Source: an uncultured Alteromonadaceae bacterium (GTDB lineage: Bacteria > Pseudomonadota > Gammaproteobacteria > Enterobacterales > Alteromonadaceae). Taken from it: a stretch of DNA of 64,000 nt. Location of the stretch: assembly GCA_913056495.1 (NCBI GenBank), contig CAJXMO010000002.1:239347-303346 (forward strand), given 5' to 3'. Under the pieces are notes generated by a model that was given only the letters and a program-made list of their open reading frames with translations, was not told where the DNA came from and did not search any database. The position numbers and the translations under genes were made by a program. Positions 20,456-31,735 of this stretch are shown piece by piece (the stretch's first letter is position 1; every line of letters starts with the position of its first letter).

Positions 20456-22768
20456 ATGAAAGTTAATAAAAGCGACTTTAACAACACCGTTATACCTGTA
20501 AAAGCTGTAGCTTTAGGTAAAAAGTTATCAGCTGCATATTTAAGTATCCCTCAATTTTGTGGTTTATTTGAAACATTGGAATACATAAATGAACACAAGT
20601 GTGAAGGGGTTGATGATGTTTTAGATAAAATATCCGAGTCTAACTGTGATGTCGTTATTATGCCAAACCCATATGGAAATAAACGAAGAAACTTAGTATA
20701 CAAAGAATTAAAAAAGCTAAATTTTCCTGTTATCACATTTGATAGGGGAGGGTTGCCCGGTTCATGGTATTTTGATAAAGGGTTTAACGCCGATAGCCCA
20801 ACTTATAGTCCATTAATGTGGGATCAAAAAATTAGTGCAGAGGAAAGTGATTCTGTTAAAAAATATATAGAAGATATTCATTTAAACGGACACGCTTTGG
20901 AAGCTCAAAGTAAACTGCTAGGTGGAGAACAGTTAAAAAGAAAGCTTGGTTTATATGATAAAAAAATATTATTTGTACCTTTTCAAAGACCAAAAGATAC
21001 GACGGTTGAATACTTTTCTGGTTCTGTAAAAGATATGAATGAATTCAACATGCGAATTGAAAAAATAGCAAAATTATTAAATACCCATGATAGTGACTGG
21101 GTCGTAATAGGTAAAAAGCATCCGTTGGAAAATACCAAAGTTAATAGCTCTATTCGTTATGTTGAAGATGATACCCACATAAATGATTTAATTGAGGCTA
21201 GTGACGCTGTTTGTTTGATTAATAGTGGAGTTGGTTTGTTGTCTATGCTATGGGACAAACCTGTTTATCATTTTGGTGAGGTGTATTACGCACACCCTTC
21301 GCTAAATAGAAGAGTGCATAATGAAATTGATGTTGTGCACTCTTTACTAAAATGCCCTGTGAAGTTTGAACCTGTTGTAAGAGATCGGTTTATAAGTTAC
21401 TTAATAAAACATGTTTATTCTTTTGGTGAATTTTCAACTGAATTGGTTAGGGAAGGTAATGCATTTAGGAATATAACTAGGAATATAGATTTTGAAAATA
21501 TTACGTTACCTAGTTATCCATGTTTAGATGCAAATAAAAAAAAAATTCTATTTGTAAGCAGTGTCATACCTATTCCGGTGAATAGAGGCAGTGCGGTTAG
21601 AACTAACCAAATGCTCCTTAATTTAGTAAAAGAGGGGTATTTAATTGATTGTGTTTTTGTCAATATGAGTTATCCGAAAGAAACTTCAAAAGATATAAAA
21701 GCACGAATTAAGGCAGCCTACCCATTAGTTAACAATGTTACTGTCAGAAAGCATCCTAAATTTAGCAAAGGGTATCAAAAGTTCAAATATAACATTGGTA
21801 CTCTGTTTGATATATTTTTTAGGAGAGACCAAGAAATAACGAATACTAAAGAGTGCCCAGGAGAACTTTCAAGGTTAGTTCGTAGTTTTGCTAAAGATGT
21901 CAACTATGATGGCTTTTTTATTAACTATCTAAAGTTGATTAAATCAGTTCCTGAATCGAAACTCTCTAAAACTATAGTCGACATTCACGATTTTCAAAGC
22001 CATCGTATCGCAAATGATGTGTTACCAACTTTGCCTAAAAGGAAGCAGAATAGCTATCTTGAAAATTTTCAACGATCAGAGATTAAGCTTTTAAAAAAAG
22101 CTAATAAAGTTGTTTCAATTTCATCGACCGAGACGAAACATCTGAAAAATATTCTACCGAATTTAAATATTCTTACTGTTCCTGCTGCGTGTGAAAAGAA
22201 TTATTCTAGTTCCGAAAATATATTTGAATATGAGTTGGCGTTTATAGGCTCAAATTCCGATGCAAACAGAGATTCTATTTTATGGTTTTTAGACAATGTA
22301 TTCCCTTTTATCGTTGAGCAGCATCGTAATATAAAATTACTCATACAAGGGAATGTTACAAGGAACAAATTATTATTAAATAATGCTAATTTCCAGAAAT
22401 ATATTGGGAAGAAGAATATCGTTGCAGGCGGATTTGTTCAGGATTTAGGTGAAGTCTACGCGAAATCTGAAATTATTATTTGCCCTATTATAAAAGGTAC
22501 GGGTATGAAAATTAAGGTGGCAGAAGCTCTGTCACACTCTAAGGCAATTATAGGCACCGACATCGCCTTTGAAGGCTATGAGTTGAATGATGGAGAAAAC
22601 ATGATGTTAGCTAATAGTAAGGATGAATTTGTTAACGCTGTGAATATCTTACTAAATAATAAACCCCTCTATCATCAATTATGTTATCAAGCTAGGAAGG
22701 TGCATGAAGATAAATATGATTTAACCTCATACTCCAATGTCTTAAGGGAGTTTATCGAGAATGACTAG
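20456..22768 (+). CDS. Two-domain capsule glycosyltransferase (KpsS-like N-terminus + GT4-like C-terminus), candidate polymerase
   Basis: N-half has DRGGLP, FVPFQ, KKHP and INSGVG (Capsule_synth-like); C-half has FIGS...N and [16 protein letters not shown]. Confidence 0.75.
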   Translation: MKVNKSDFNNTVIPVKAVALGKKLSAAYLSIPQFCGLFETLEYINEHKCEGVDDVLDKISESNCDVVIMPNPYGNKRRNLVYKELKKLNFPVITFDRGGLPGSWYFDKGFNADSPTYSPLMWDQKISAEESDSVKKYIEDIHLNGHALEAQSKLLGGEQLKRKLGLYDKKILFVPFQRPKDTTVEYFSGSVKDMNEFNMRIEKIAKLLNTHDSDWVVIGKKHPLENTKVNSSIRYVEDDTHINDLIEASDAVCLINSGVGLLSMLWDKPVYHFGEVYYAHPSLNRRVHNEIDVVHSLLKCPVKFEPVVRDRFISYLIKHVYSFGEFSTELVREGNAFRNITRNIDFENITLPSYPCLDANKKKILFVSSVIPIPVNRGSAVRTNQMLLNLVKEGYLIDCVFVNMSYPKETSKDIKARIKAAYPLVNNVTVRKHPKFSKGYQKFKYNIGTLFDIFFRRDQEITNTKECPGELSRLVRSFAKDVNYDGFFINYLKLIKSVPESKLSKTIVDIHDFQSHRIANDVLPTLPKRKQNSYLENFQRSEIKLLKKANKVVSISSTETKHLKNILPNLNILTVPAACEKNYSSSENIFEYELAFIGSNSDANRDSILWFLDNVFPFIVEQHRNIKLLIQGNVTRNKLLLNNANFQKYIGKKNIVAGGFVQDLGEVYAKSEIIICPIIKGTGMKIKVAEALSHSKAIIGTDIAFEGYELNDGENMMLANSKDEFVNAVNILLNNKPLYHQLCYQARKVHEDKYDLTSYSNVLREFIEND

Positions 22769-23438
22769 TAAATTTAAATGTGGAAAATGGTATAAGTACT
22801 CTGACTATACGAAAGAAAAATGGAAAGAAGGCGGGTTGCCTGTAGATTCGACATGCACTGTGCATCCAGATGTTCAAATTTGTTTTCCTGTGCATTTATC
22901 CAGAAACACTATCGTTAATCACGGTTCAAGAATTGATAAATACACTTATGTTAATTGGGATGTTGTCATCTTTCCGAATGTGCATATAGGGTCTTACTGT
23001 TCTGTTGCGAGGAACGCACAATTAGGTTTAGCTAATCACCCTACCAATTGGCTAAGTTCTAATTCATTTCAATACAATGCCGCCCATTTCCCTAAAATTT
23101 CCGAGTTTCAGAGTGTTAAGCGTTTAAAACATTTACATCACCCTAAAACTATCATTGGTTCTGATGTTTGGATTGGTGCAAACGCAATGGTTAAATCAGG
23201 CGTAAAAATTGGGCATGGTGTAGTTATTGCGGCTGGAGCTGTAGTAACAAAGGACATTGAGCCATATTCAATAGTTGGAGGGGTGCCTGCAAAGCACATA
23301 AAATTTAGATTTTCAGAAAAACAAATCGAAGAATTGTTAAAGTCTAAGTGGTGGTTGTTACCTTTAAAAAGCATTCAAAATTTGAACTTTGAGAACATTG
23401 ATGAATGCATTTCAGCCTTGAAAGCAATTCCTCGTTAG
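22761..23438 (+). CDS. Hexapeptide-repeat (CatB/Vat-like) O-acetyltransferase
   Basis: IGSDVWIG...[10 protein letters not shown]...GGVPAK; overlaps the GT stop codon. Confidence 0.85.
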   Translation: MTSKFKCGKWYKYSDYTKEKWKEGGLPVDSTCTVHPDVQICFPVHLSRNTIVNHGSRIDKYTYVNWDVVIFPNVHIGSYCSVARNAQLGLANHPTNWLSSNSFQYNAAHFPKISEFQSVKRLKHLHHPKTIIGSDVWIGANAMVKSGVKIGHGVVIAAGAVVTKDIEPYSIVGGVPAKHIKFRFSEKQIEELLKSKWWLLPLKSIQNLNFENIDECISALKAIPR

Positions 23439-23454
23439 TTGAAGAGCAAATAAC

Positions 23455-25533
23455 TTGTCCCGAAGTAAACATATTTATTCAAAGTGTAGTACTTTTTTTT
23501 CTAAAGATAGCCACTGGCCAAAAACACTAAATTTAGGCTGGGGTTTAAAACCCTCAGCCACCAAAGTTAAAGCTTATGCAGATAAACACAATCTGCCTTT
23601 CTGGCGTGTGGAAGATGGCTTTATCGGTTATTTGAATCACCCAACTGCTTCATCGAATTTATTATCATTAGCGGTCGACACTAGCGGTATTTATTATGAT
23701 GCAACTTGCGAGAGTGATTTAGAGCGTTATATTAAAGCCGGCATTCCGACGCAAGGTGAGCAGCCTGTTAACTTTTCAAATGATGATTATTTAAGCCCCC
23801 GCAATCAGCTTAATCAGTTTGAAAGAGCGCAAGCTTTGAAGACCAGCTTGCTTGAGCATCAAATTACTAAATATAATTTATGTGGTCAGGTCAAGTCTGC
23901 GCCCAAGTTAGCACAGAACGCCGTTTTGGTGATTGACCAGACTTTTGGTGATTTATCGGTTAAGCACAGCTATGCCAGTGAGCAATCCTTCACTGATATG
24001 TTAACTGCTGCTATTGAAGAGAACCCAAATCAGTCCATTTATATTAAAACCCATCCGGATGTACTTTTAGGTAAAAAATCGGGATTTTTAAAGCCGGATG
24101 CAATTAATCACTCAAATGTTCAGTTTATATTTGATGCCTGCAATCCGCTTGAGTTAATTCAACAAGTGGAAAAAGTTTATACCGTTTGCTCGCAAATGGG
24201 CTTTGAGGCTTTGCTCGCTGGTAAGTCGGTGGTTACATTTGGATTGCCTTTTTATGCTGGCTGGGGGTTAACGGATGATCGTGCAAAGGTTCCAAATGAC
24301 GTTCTAACAAGACGTAATGTTAAACGCGCAATTGAAGATTTAATTTATGCGGCATTTATTCAATACCCCAGATATGTACATCCGGATACTAAACTAAGAT
24401 GTGATGCTGAAGATATTATTGGCTATATTGTGCTGCAAAAAAAACGAAATAATCCTCAATACAACAGGCTGTATTGCTGTGATTTTAGTTTATGGAAACG
24501 TGCTTTTTTACCTTACTTTTTAAAAGGGGTCGGTAAAAACATTGAGTTTATTCAGTCGAAAAATGTCAATAAAATATCAGCCAATCTAAAACCGGACGAT
24601 GCAATAGTTTTATGGGGTGCCAAGCCATTACCGAATAAATTATCTGAGTTAAAACCAAACATTCTCAGGCTGGAAGATGGCTTTATTCGCTCGGTTGGAT
24701 TAGGGGCCGATTTGCGCCGTCCTTCTTCATTAGTCATTGATAGTCGTGGGATTTATTTTGATCCCCGCCAGCCCAGCGATCTTGAGCATATTCTCGCAAC
24801 TAAAACATTTACCAAGCCTGAATTGGAGCAAGCCAGTCAGCTTATTGAACATCTGATACAGGCAAAAGTTTCAAAATATAATGTTGCTGACAGTTCCGAT
24901 GAATTAGAAGCGGTAACATCTGCTGCCGGTACAAAAATACTGGTGGTCGGTCAGGTCGAAGATGATGCATCAATTCAAACGGGTTGCATTGATATTAAAA
25001 CTAATCTGACGTTATTAAAACAAACCAGAGCCGATAATCCGGATGCCTATATTATTTATAAACCTCATCCGGATGTGTTAAGTGGCAACCGTAAGGGTAA
25101 TATTCCGCCTGACTTTATTAATCAATATGCAGATATTCAGGTTTGTGGCGCTGGCATTATTGAAACGCTCGAACTGGTAGATGAACTGCATACCATGACT
25201 TCACTTGCCGGATTTGAAGCTTTATTACGCGGGAAAAAAGTAGTCTGTTACGGTCTTCCATTTTATTCAGGGTGGGGACTGACACAGGATAAACATCAGT
25301 TACAAAGGCGCAAACGCAGGCTTTCACTGACGGAACTTTGTTATGCATGCCTGGTCGAATATCCACACTATGTTAACTATGAAACTGGTTTGTTTACACA
25401 GCCTGAATTCATTGTTAATCAAATGTCGGGTAAACAAGAAAAATTTATCGCCCGGTCACATTTAACTACACTTTTGGGTCGAAAATGGCGTAAAATGAAG
25501 TTTTTGTATGATGCTTTTGTGACAATAAGGTGA
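23455..25533 (+). CDS. kpsC: Capsule beta-Kdo transferase KpsC
   Basis: Duplicated domains: two EDGF, two QxxxD, two HP(D) and two PFYxGWG motifs; TTG start. Confidence 0.92.
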   Translation: MSRSKHIYSKCSTFFSKDSHWPKTLNLGWGLKPSATKVKAYADKHNLPFWRVEDGFIGYLNHPTASSNLLSLAVDTSGIYYDATCESDLERYIKAGIPTQGEQPVNFSNDDYLSPRNQLNQFERAQALKTSLLEHQITKYNLCGQVKSAPKLAQNAVLVIDQTFGDLSVKHSYASEQSFTDMLTAAIEENPNQSIYIKTHPDVLLGKKSGFLKPDAINHSNVQFIFDACNPLELIQQVEKVYTVCSQMGFEALLAGKSVVTFGLPFYAGWGLTDDRAKVPNDVLTRRNVKRAIEDLIYAAFIQYPRYVHPDTKLRCDAEDIIGYIVLQKKRNNPQYNRLYCCDFSLWKRAFLPYFLKGVGKNIEFIQSKNVNKISANLKPDDAIVLWGAKPLPNKLSELKPNILRLEDGFIRSVGLGADLRRPSSLVIDSRGIYFDPRQPSDLEHILATKTFTKPELEQASQLIEHLIQAKVSKYNVADSSDELEAVTSAAGTKILVVGQVEDDASIQTGCIDIKTNLTLLKQTRADNPDAYIIYKPHPDVLSGNRKGNIPPDFINQYADIQVCGAGIIETLELVDELHTMTSLAGFEALLRGKKVVCYGLPFYSGWGLTQDKHQLQRRKRRLSLTELCYACLVEYPHYVNYETGLFTQPEFIVNQMSGKQEKFIARSHLTTLLGRKWRKMKFLYDAFVTIR

Positions 25534-25579
25534 AGTTTTCACCCTAAATCTTCTCGCTGTCGAATGGAATTGGATATCA

Positions 25580-26872
25580 ATGAGTAATATCTTGTTTTTA
25601 CAAGGACCACTAGGCCCCTTTTTTGCCAAGTTAGCAAAACAGTTTTCAGCTCTGGGCAATACCACTTATAAAATTAATTTTAATGGTGGTGACGCTTATT
25701 TTGGTGAAGCGGATTATATGTTTAACTATCGTGGAAGTTTAAAAAGCTGGTCCAGATATTTATCCATGTTTGTACGCCGCAATCAAATTCATGCGATTGT
25801 CGTTTATGGCGATTGCCGACGTTATCACTCAATTGCCAAAGATATATGTAGTCATCAAAATATAGAATTCTGGGCGTTTGAAGAAGGCTATATCCGACCT
25901 AACTTTATTACATTGGAAAAAGGTGGGGTTAATGCAAACTCCAGCTTTAAAATTGAAAATAAAGCTCATGCACTGGAACTGGCTAAAACCAGTAAAGCGC
26001 TTCAAAAAAACACCGACGGAGAATATCAGTTCGGACAAACCTTTTTCCAGCGTCTTTATTATGGGACTACCTATTATTTATCAAAAACTTTAACTCAGGG
26101 CTGGTTAATAAATGACGGTCATCACAGAAACTATTCTGCGATTGAAGAAGCTAAGTGTTGGGTCAAATCAATTAGGCGAAAGTGGAAATATAAGATAACG
26201 CAGCGAAAGTTAGATAAATATATTCTCGAAAATTTCTCAAATAAGTATTTTTTTGTGCCGTTACAAGTGCATTGTGATAGCCAAATTCTGTCACATTCTG
26301 ATTTTAACGATGTCAAAGAGTTTATTAAAACGATTTTGCTGTCGTTTAGCCAAAACGCAGCTAAATCTGATGTACTGGTATTTAAACACCACCCGATGGA
26401 TCGTGGTTTTTGTCATTATGGTAAATACATTCGCAGGCTCTCTGCAAAACTGAATATTAGTCAGCGCGTTATTTATGGTCATGAAATGCATTTACCGACC
26501 ATGCTTAAATACTGCAAAGGTACAGTCACAGTGAATAGCACTGTCGGTCTCTCGTCATTGCACCATGGAAAACCAACCAAGGTATTAGGGCGCGCAAACT
26601 ATGATATTCCGGGTTTAACCAGCGAGCAGCCTTTATCTTTATTCTGGAATAAACCTTGTCCGGTTGATGGCGAGTTCTTTAAAGCATATAAACAAGCGCT
26701 AAAACATTACACTCAAATCAATGGCAGCTTTTATCGTCATATAGACTTTACCTGTAAGCAAATTATTCAGTACTTACAACTTAACCCGGTTAAAGTAGAA
26801 CGTAATGCTCAGCCGGCAGCTTATACAGATCCCCAATTTGAAGCTGAAAAAATCTGGCAGTCTGCTAATTAG
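25580..26872 (+). CDS. kpsS: Capsule beta-Kdo transferase KpsS
   Basis: ILFLQGPLGPFF, FEEGYIRP, VPLQVHCDSQ, KHHPMD, VNSTVG. Confidence 0.92.
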   Translation: MSNILFLQGPLGPFFAKLAKQFSALGNTTYKINFNGGDAYFGEADYMFNYRGSLKSWSRYLSMFVRRNQIHAIVVYGDCRRYHSIAKDICSHQNIEFWAFEEGYIRPNFITLEKGGVNANSSFKIENKAHALELAKTSKALQKNTDGEYQFGQTFFQRLYYGTTYYLSKTLTQGWLINDGHHRNYSAIEEAKCWVKSIRRKWKYKITQRKLDKYILENFSNKYFFVPLQVHCDSQILSHSDFNDVKEFIKTILLSFSQNAAKSDVLVFKHHPMDRGFCHYGKYIRRLSAKLNISQRVIYGHEMHLPTMLKYCKGTVTVNSTVGLSSLHHGKPTKVLGRANYDIPGLTSEQPLSLFWNKPCPVDGEFFKAYKQALKHYTQINGSFYRHIDFTCKQIIQYLQLNPVKVERNAQPAAYTDPQFEAEKIWQSAN

Positions 26873-27006
26873 GATTATAAATCGATCCGTCAAATACTCG
26901 GGTGGTCGGCAATCTAGCCGACCGTTTAGTCATTCGAAATTAATTTACTGTATTTCCAGTTAATCAGCACTACAATAGTGAAATCATTCTAATCCGAGAA
27001 CTTTTT

Positions 27007-27393
27007 ATGACAGAGCAGCTAACCAGTCAACAGATTGAATTTAATTTTTATCGGGAAGTCGCCGCTGAGCGCCAGATTTATACTATTTTGGATGAACAGG
27101 GCATTCCGACTCCGAAAAATGCAGAGGGCGAACAGGTGATGCCTTTTTGGTCTTCAGAAACTAAAGCCGCTGATTTTATTTTGCAAAACTCTGGATATCA
27201 GGGGTTTAAGCCGTTTGCGGTTGAATGGGATTTATTTGCTGATAAATGGGTTTTAGGGATTGCAAGGGATGATCTTCTGGTCGGGCTTAACTGGCAGCAA
27301 GCTGAAGCAGAAAACTGTGTCACTGAAATCGAGTTACTACTAAAAGGTGTGATTGAGTGTTTAAAAGCTCAGCCCATTAAGCGCAACAAGTAG
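27007..27393 (+). CDS. DUF2750-like hypothetical protein
   Basis: MPFWSS and VGLNW motifs. Confidence 0.7.
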   Translation: MTEQLTSQQIEFNFYREVAAERQIYTILDEQGIPTPKNAEGEQVMPFWSSETKAADFILQNSGYQGFKPFAVEWDLFADKWVLGIARDDLLVGLNWQQAEAENCVTEIELLLKGVIECLKAQPIKRNK

Positions 27394-27408
27394 TTTTTCG
27401 AAAGGGCT

Positions 27409-27657
27409 TTAATCGGTCAGCCCTTTTTTAATCAGAAAGAGATAAGGTTTATCGTCTGTTTGCATAGCAACCAGAGTATGATCCATAAATCGACAAAAGC
27501 TCGGAATGTCTCGGGTGGTCGACGGATCGTCTGCCGTGATTAACAGGGTATCACCGTCCGGCATTTTTCGAATCGCTTGCCTCACCATCATAACAGGTTC
27601 CGGGCATAATAACCCGAGCGCATTTAGTTGATGGTTTGCTTGTTCAAATAAGTTCAT
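27409..27657 (-). CDS. tusA: Sulfurtransferase TusA
   Basis: GLLCPEPVM; [18 protein letters not shown]. Confidence 0.95.
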   Translation of the reverse strand: MNLFEQANHQLNALGLLCPEPVMMVRQAIRKMPDGDTLLITADDPSTTRDIPSFCRFMDHTLVAMQTDDKPYLFLIKKGLTD

Positions 27658-27778
27658 ACTTTAATTTTATCTGCGTTCTAAAAGCCGTCTAGTTTAATCA
27701 TTCTTGCCTGCTAAGCCAAGTCTCTCAAAGAGCTAACGTATTTGTTTTCAGGTGAACAGGCAATTATTTGAGGTTGTC

Positions 27779-29011
27779 ATGAAAAAGTTATTAGTGATTG
27801 GGTATGTCTGGCCTGAGCCTGACTCTTCAGCTGCGGGTCGCTATATGCTGAATTTACTTAATTTTTTTCTGAAATTAGGTTACGAAATCAGCTTTGCCAG
27901 CCCGGCAGCAGAAAGTGAACATAGGTTTGCATTTGAAGAATTGGGTATAACCAAGGTTGATATTAAACTTAACTCAAGCTGTTTTGATGACTATATTCAA
28001 ACCCTTAAGCCAGATGTCGTTTTATTTGACCGCTTTATGATGGAAGAGCAGTTTGGCTGGCGGGTTAAAAAGTATTGCCCGGATGCTTTGCGTATACTGG
28101 ATCTGGAAGATCTTCAATGCTTACGTAAAGCCCGCCATATAGCTTTAAAACAGAATCGAAGTGTAGAATCTGAAGATTTCCTCGAAGATATTGCGCTACG
28201 TGAAATCGCGGCCGTATGGCGTTCAGATATGGCGCTGGTTATCTCCAGATATGAAATGGAATTATTAACCGGCCAGTTTGGCGTACCGTCCGATAAGCTG
28301 TTTTATTTGCCTTTTACTATTCAAGCTTCACCCCAGAAAGCGCAGTTACTCGCATTTGAGCAAAAACAACACTTTATTTGTATTGGCAACTTTCGGCATG
28401 AACCAAACTGGGATGCGGTTTTATTTTTAAAAGAAGAAATTTGGCCGTTAATTCGAAAACAGCTAAAGCAGGCTGAACTTCATATTTATGGCGCTTACCC
28501 GCCCAAAAAAGCCACTCAGTTAGATAATAAAAAACAGGGATTTTTAATTAAAGGATGGGCGCAAGATGCTATGCAAGTGATGAGTCAGGCTCGTGTGTGT
28601 TTGGCTCCACTCAGGTTTGGTGCCGGTTTAAAAGGAAAGTTGTTTGAAGCTATGCTAGCCGGCACACCGAGTGTAACTACTGATATTGGCGCTGAAGCCA
28701 TGTCTGCAAATTTAATGTGGCCCGGGTTCATTGCAAACAACGCTGAAGCAATCGCTAATGCTGCTGTGGCGCTATATCAAAATGAATCCGAGTACAGGCA
28801 TTATCAAGCAGCCGGGTTAAAGATAATTCAAACAGAATATCTGACGGAACTTTATTTTACTGATTTTGCTGAACGCATTGAAAAGCTGTTATTTGATCTG
28901 AACGGACACAGAGCCAAAAATTTTACCGGCGCTATGTTAATGCACCATACAATGAAAAGTACTCAGTATATGGCGCAGTGGATTGAAGCTAAAAATAAAC
29001 TAAGCGATTAA
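27779..29011 (+). CDS. GT4-like glycosyltransferase
   Basis: [32 protein letters not shown]; ATG after GAGG preferred over the track's GTG at 27752. Confidence 0.8.
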   Translation: MKKLLVIGYVWPEPDSSAAGRYMLNLLNFFLKLGYEISFASPAAESEHRFAFEELGITKVDIKLNSSCFDDYIQTLKPDVVLFDRFMMEEQFGWRVKKYCPDALRILDLEDLQCLRKARHIALKQNRSVESEDFLEDIALREIAAVWRSDMALVISRYEMELLTGQFGVPSDKLFYLPFTIQASPQKAQLLAFEQKQHFICIGNFRHEPNWDAVLFLKEEIWPLIRKQLKQAELHIYGAYPPKKATQLDNKKQGFLIKGWAQDAMQVMSQARVCLAPLRFGAGLKGKLFEAMLAGTPSVTTDIGAEAMSANLMWPGFIANNAEAIANAAVALYQNESEYRHYQAAGLKIIQTEYLTELYFTDFAERIEKLLFDLNGHRAKNFTGAMLMHHTMKSTQYMAQWIEAKNKLSD

Positions 29012-29854
29012 CTCAACTAACATGTTATCGATTAACCGGGTTGAACCTAAAAAGGCAGCAATCAGGATGACAATTGATTGAGTGTCTGAGGTGGCTGGTT
29101 TTAGGGTATGACTGTCCAGAATCCAGACATAATCCGGTTTCAGACCAGCCTGAGTTAAACTTTGTTTGCTTTGAATAATCAGTTGCGCAAAGTTTTTGTT
29201 GCCCTGATTTAATTGATCTTTTAGCTGTATCAGGTTTTGATAAATGACACTCGCTTGCTGCTTTTCAGACTCCGATAGATAGCCATTTCGGCTACTTTTA
29301 GCCAGGCCTGAGCCCTCACGGACAGTCGCAATACCGACTATTTCTATGGGCATGGATAAGTCTTCTACCATAGTTCGGATTAACGCCAGTTGTTGAAAGT
29401 CTTTTTCACCAAAACAGGCAATATCCGGCTGAACCAGATTAAAGAGTTTATTGACAACGGTTGTTACGCCGCGAAAATGCCCCGGTCTGGAATCACCACA
29501 ATATAAATCAGACAGTTCAGGCACTTCAACCCAGGTTTGTTTGTCGAGACCTTTTGGATATATGGTTTCAGGTGTAGGGGTAAATAATAAATCGACACCC
29601 GCTTGAATAAGCGCTTTGCTGTCAGCTTGCATGGTCCGTGGATATTTATCCAAGTCTTCGTTTTGACCGAATTGCATTGGATTGACAAAAATACTAACGA
29701 CTACTTTATCTGCTCTTTTTTTTGCTTCTTCTACTAAGCTTAGGTGGCCCTCGTGCAGGTTACCCATTGTCGGCACAAAACCTACCGTCTGGCCTTGTTT
29801 TTTCCACTCATTAATGGTTTGGCGAAGTATTGAAATTTGTTCGATGGTTTGCAT
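29000..29854 (-). CDS. panC: Pantoate--beta-alanine ligase
   Basis: [36 protein letters not shown]. Confidence 0.97.
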   Translation of the reverse strand: MQTIEQISILRQTINEWKKQGQTVGFVPTMGNLHEGHLSLVEEAKKRADKVVVSIFVNPMQFGQNEDLDKYPRTMQADSKALIQAGVDLLFTPTPETIYPKGLDKQTWVEVPELSDLYCGDSRPGHFRGVTTVVNKLFNLVQPDIACFGEKDFQQLALIRTMVEDLSMPIEIVGIATVREGSGLAKSSRNGYLSESEKQQASVIYQNLIQLKDQLNQGNKNFAQLIIQSKQSLTQAGLKPDYVWILDSHTLKPATSDTQSIVILIAAFLGSTRLIDNMLVELIA

Positions 29855-29877
29855 TTTTGTTTAATTTTACTCGTTTA

Positions 29878-30375
29878 TTACAGGGAATCGGCCGATTTAA
29901 TGATGGTTAACCCATTTTGTGCTACTTGTTCCAATAGCTGTTGTAAAGAGGTTTTACAAGGCAACTCAAGCGAAGGCGCTAGCTCAGCTAACGGATAAAG
30001 TACAAACTCCCTTTCTTTCATACCATAATGAGGTACGGTCAGCCTCTCAGACTCAATGGTTTGATTTCCAAATAAAATGATATCCAAGTCAAGTGTTCTC
30101 GGACCCCAACGTTCGTCTTTTCGCTCTCGCCCGTGCTCTAATTCAATGTTTTGCAGCGCATCCAAAAGCTCAATAGCGCTGGCAGACCAGTCCAGTTGAA
30201 TGACAGCATTAACATAATCCGGCTGATCCTGCGGCCCCATAGGTTTACTGCCATAAATTGAAGAAGACTTTACCTGACTCGCATGTTCAAGTTTAGAAAG
30301 CGCTTCAATTGCATTTAAAATTTGTGCCAGTGGATTGGCCAGGTTACTACCAAGCCCGATATAACTAATTGTCAT
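29878..30375 (-). CDS. folK: HPPK (2-amino-4-hydroxy-6-hydroxymethyldihydropteridine diphosphokinase)
   Basis: YIGLGSN start; RWGPRTLDLDI; PHY; the track's upstream extension lies inside pcnB. Confidence 0.96.
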   Translation of the reverse strand: MTISYIGLGSNLANPLAQILNAIEALSKLEHASQVKSSSIYGSKPMGPQDQPDYVNAVIQLDWSASAIELLDALQNIELEHGRERKDERWGPRTLDLDIILFGNQTIESERLTVPHYGMKEREFVLYPLAELAPSLELPCKTSLQQLLEQVAQNGLTIIKSADSL

Positions 30376-31735
30376 TGGTTTGATTTTTTCTTCTTTTGGG
30401 TGGACGTCTGCGCCGTGTTCTGCGGCTTTCACCAGCACCAATTTTCGCAAGTAAGACCTTTTGTTGCGCTTCATCACTTTGCTGAATTTCGGTCCACCAA
30501 TTTACCTTTTCAATCAGATCACCTTGCTCAACCTGGGATCTCAATAATAAAAAGTCGTAGCCTGCTCTAAATTTTGGGTTTTCTAATAATTTTAGGCAGC
30601 GTTTACCTGCGCGCTTTTCGAGGCGAGATTGCAATAACCAGATTTCACGGATAGTGCTCGAAAACCGTTTTGGAATTACTACATTATATTGACCGCTTTC
30701 TAATACCGCACTGGTCGCCATAAAGTTTGCGTCATGTTCGGGTATTTGCTGTGCTAAGTAATGCGCTTTTGCCTGTTCGACTTCATACCACAAGAAAGCG
30801 GCAAATAAGAAAGCTGGTGTGATTCTTTGTCCGTTATTAACTCTTTTATCTGTATTGCTCAGTGCCTGACAAATTAACTGATAGGTCTGGCTATTTGGAT
30901 CGCTCACCGGCTCGGCTAAATTTGGAAAAATTTGCTGAAACAGCTGATATTCAACGAGTAACTTGAATGTTGCCAGCCCTTGTCCAGCTAAAAACAGCTT
31001 TAAACATTCTTCAAATAAACGAGCTTTGGGAATATTTTGCAACAATGACGCTAACTGTCGGATAGGCGCCTGAGTCGGCTCAGTCATTTGCATATCAAGT
31101 TTAACGGCAAAGCGAATGGCCCGTAACATGCGAACCGGGTCTTCGCGATAACGTGTATCCGGGTCGCCAATTAAGTCAAGTTCTCTGTTTGCAATAGCAT
31201 CCAGTCCGCCCCAATAATCAATTACACTGTAATCGGCAATATTGTAATAAAGCGCATTTGCTGAAAAGTCCCGGCGTTCGGCATCTTCGTCTATTGTTCC
31301 GTATACATTATCTCTGAGAAGTTGGCCGTGCTCTGATTGTTTGCCCAGATTCGGGTTTTCATCATGGTGGCCTCTAAGTGTGGCGACTTCGATAATGTCG
31401 CGCCCAAAAACAATATGCGCCAGACGAAAGCGACGGCCGATTAAACGACAATTACTGAATAAGCTTTTGATTTGTTCTGGCGTTGCATTGGTTGCAATAT
31501 CAAAATCTTTCGGCTCCAGCCCTAACAGAATATCGCGGACACCGCCGCCGACCAAATAAGCATCGTATCCGCCATCTTTTAAACGATAGAGTACTTTTAG
31601 CGCATTTTTACTGATAAGTTTGCGAGAAATGTTGTGTTCATTTCGAGGGAGTATTCTTAACTGGCCTGTAAGTTGTTTTGCCGTTTTATTTTTGCCCATT
31701 ACTTTTTTACACAAACCGATTATGCGATTGATAAT
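30365..31735 (-). CDS. pcnB: Poly(A) polymerase I, probable ATT start
   Basis: GGGVRD, DFDIAT, GRRF, RRDF, EDPVRMLR; ATT at 31735 lies 6 nt after AAGGGC. Confidence 0.95.
   Translation of the reverse strand: MINRIIGLCKKVMGKNKTAKQLTGQLRILPRNEHNISRKLISKNALKVLYRLKDGGYDAYLVGGGVRDILLGLEPKDFDIATNATPEQIKSLFSNCRLIGRRFRLAHIVFGRDIIEVATLRGHHDENPNLGKQSEHGQLLRDNVYGTIDEDAERRDFSANALYYNIADYSVIDYWGGLDAIANRELDLIGDPDTRYREDPVRMLRAIRFAVKLDMQMTEPTQAPIRQLASLLQNIPKARLFEECLKLFLAGQGLATFKLLVEYQLFQQIFPNLAEPVSDPNSQTYQLICQALSNTDKRVNNGQRITPAFLFAAFLWYEVEQAKAHYLAQQIPEHDANFMATSAVLESGQYNVVIPKRFSSTIREIWLLQSRLEKRAGKRCLKLLENPKFRAGYDFLLLRSQVEQGDLIEKVNWWTEIQQSDEAQQKVLLAKIGAGESRRTRRRRPPKRRKNQTNDN

Noticed and set aside
22761-23438. 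Antibiotic resistance gene (vat/catB)
   Set aside because: Embedded and translationally coupled in a capsule operon with no mobile context
26901-26923. GGTCGGC-AATCTA-GCCGACC hairpin after kpsS
   Set aside because: Single short stem, likely an ordinary operon-end structure; no second copy seen to call it a REP
30376-30477. N-terminal extensions given in the track for folK (also sspA, dksA, STAS, NUDIX, DUF481, GT 27752)
   Set aside because: Downstream ATGs have SDs and match the family N-termini; the extensions overlap neighbours or UTRs
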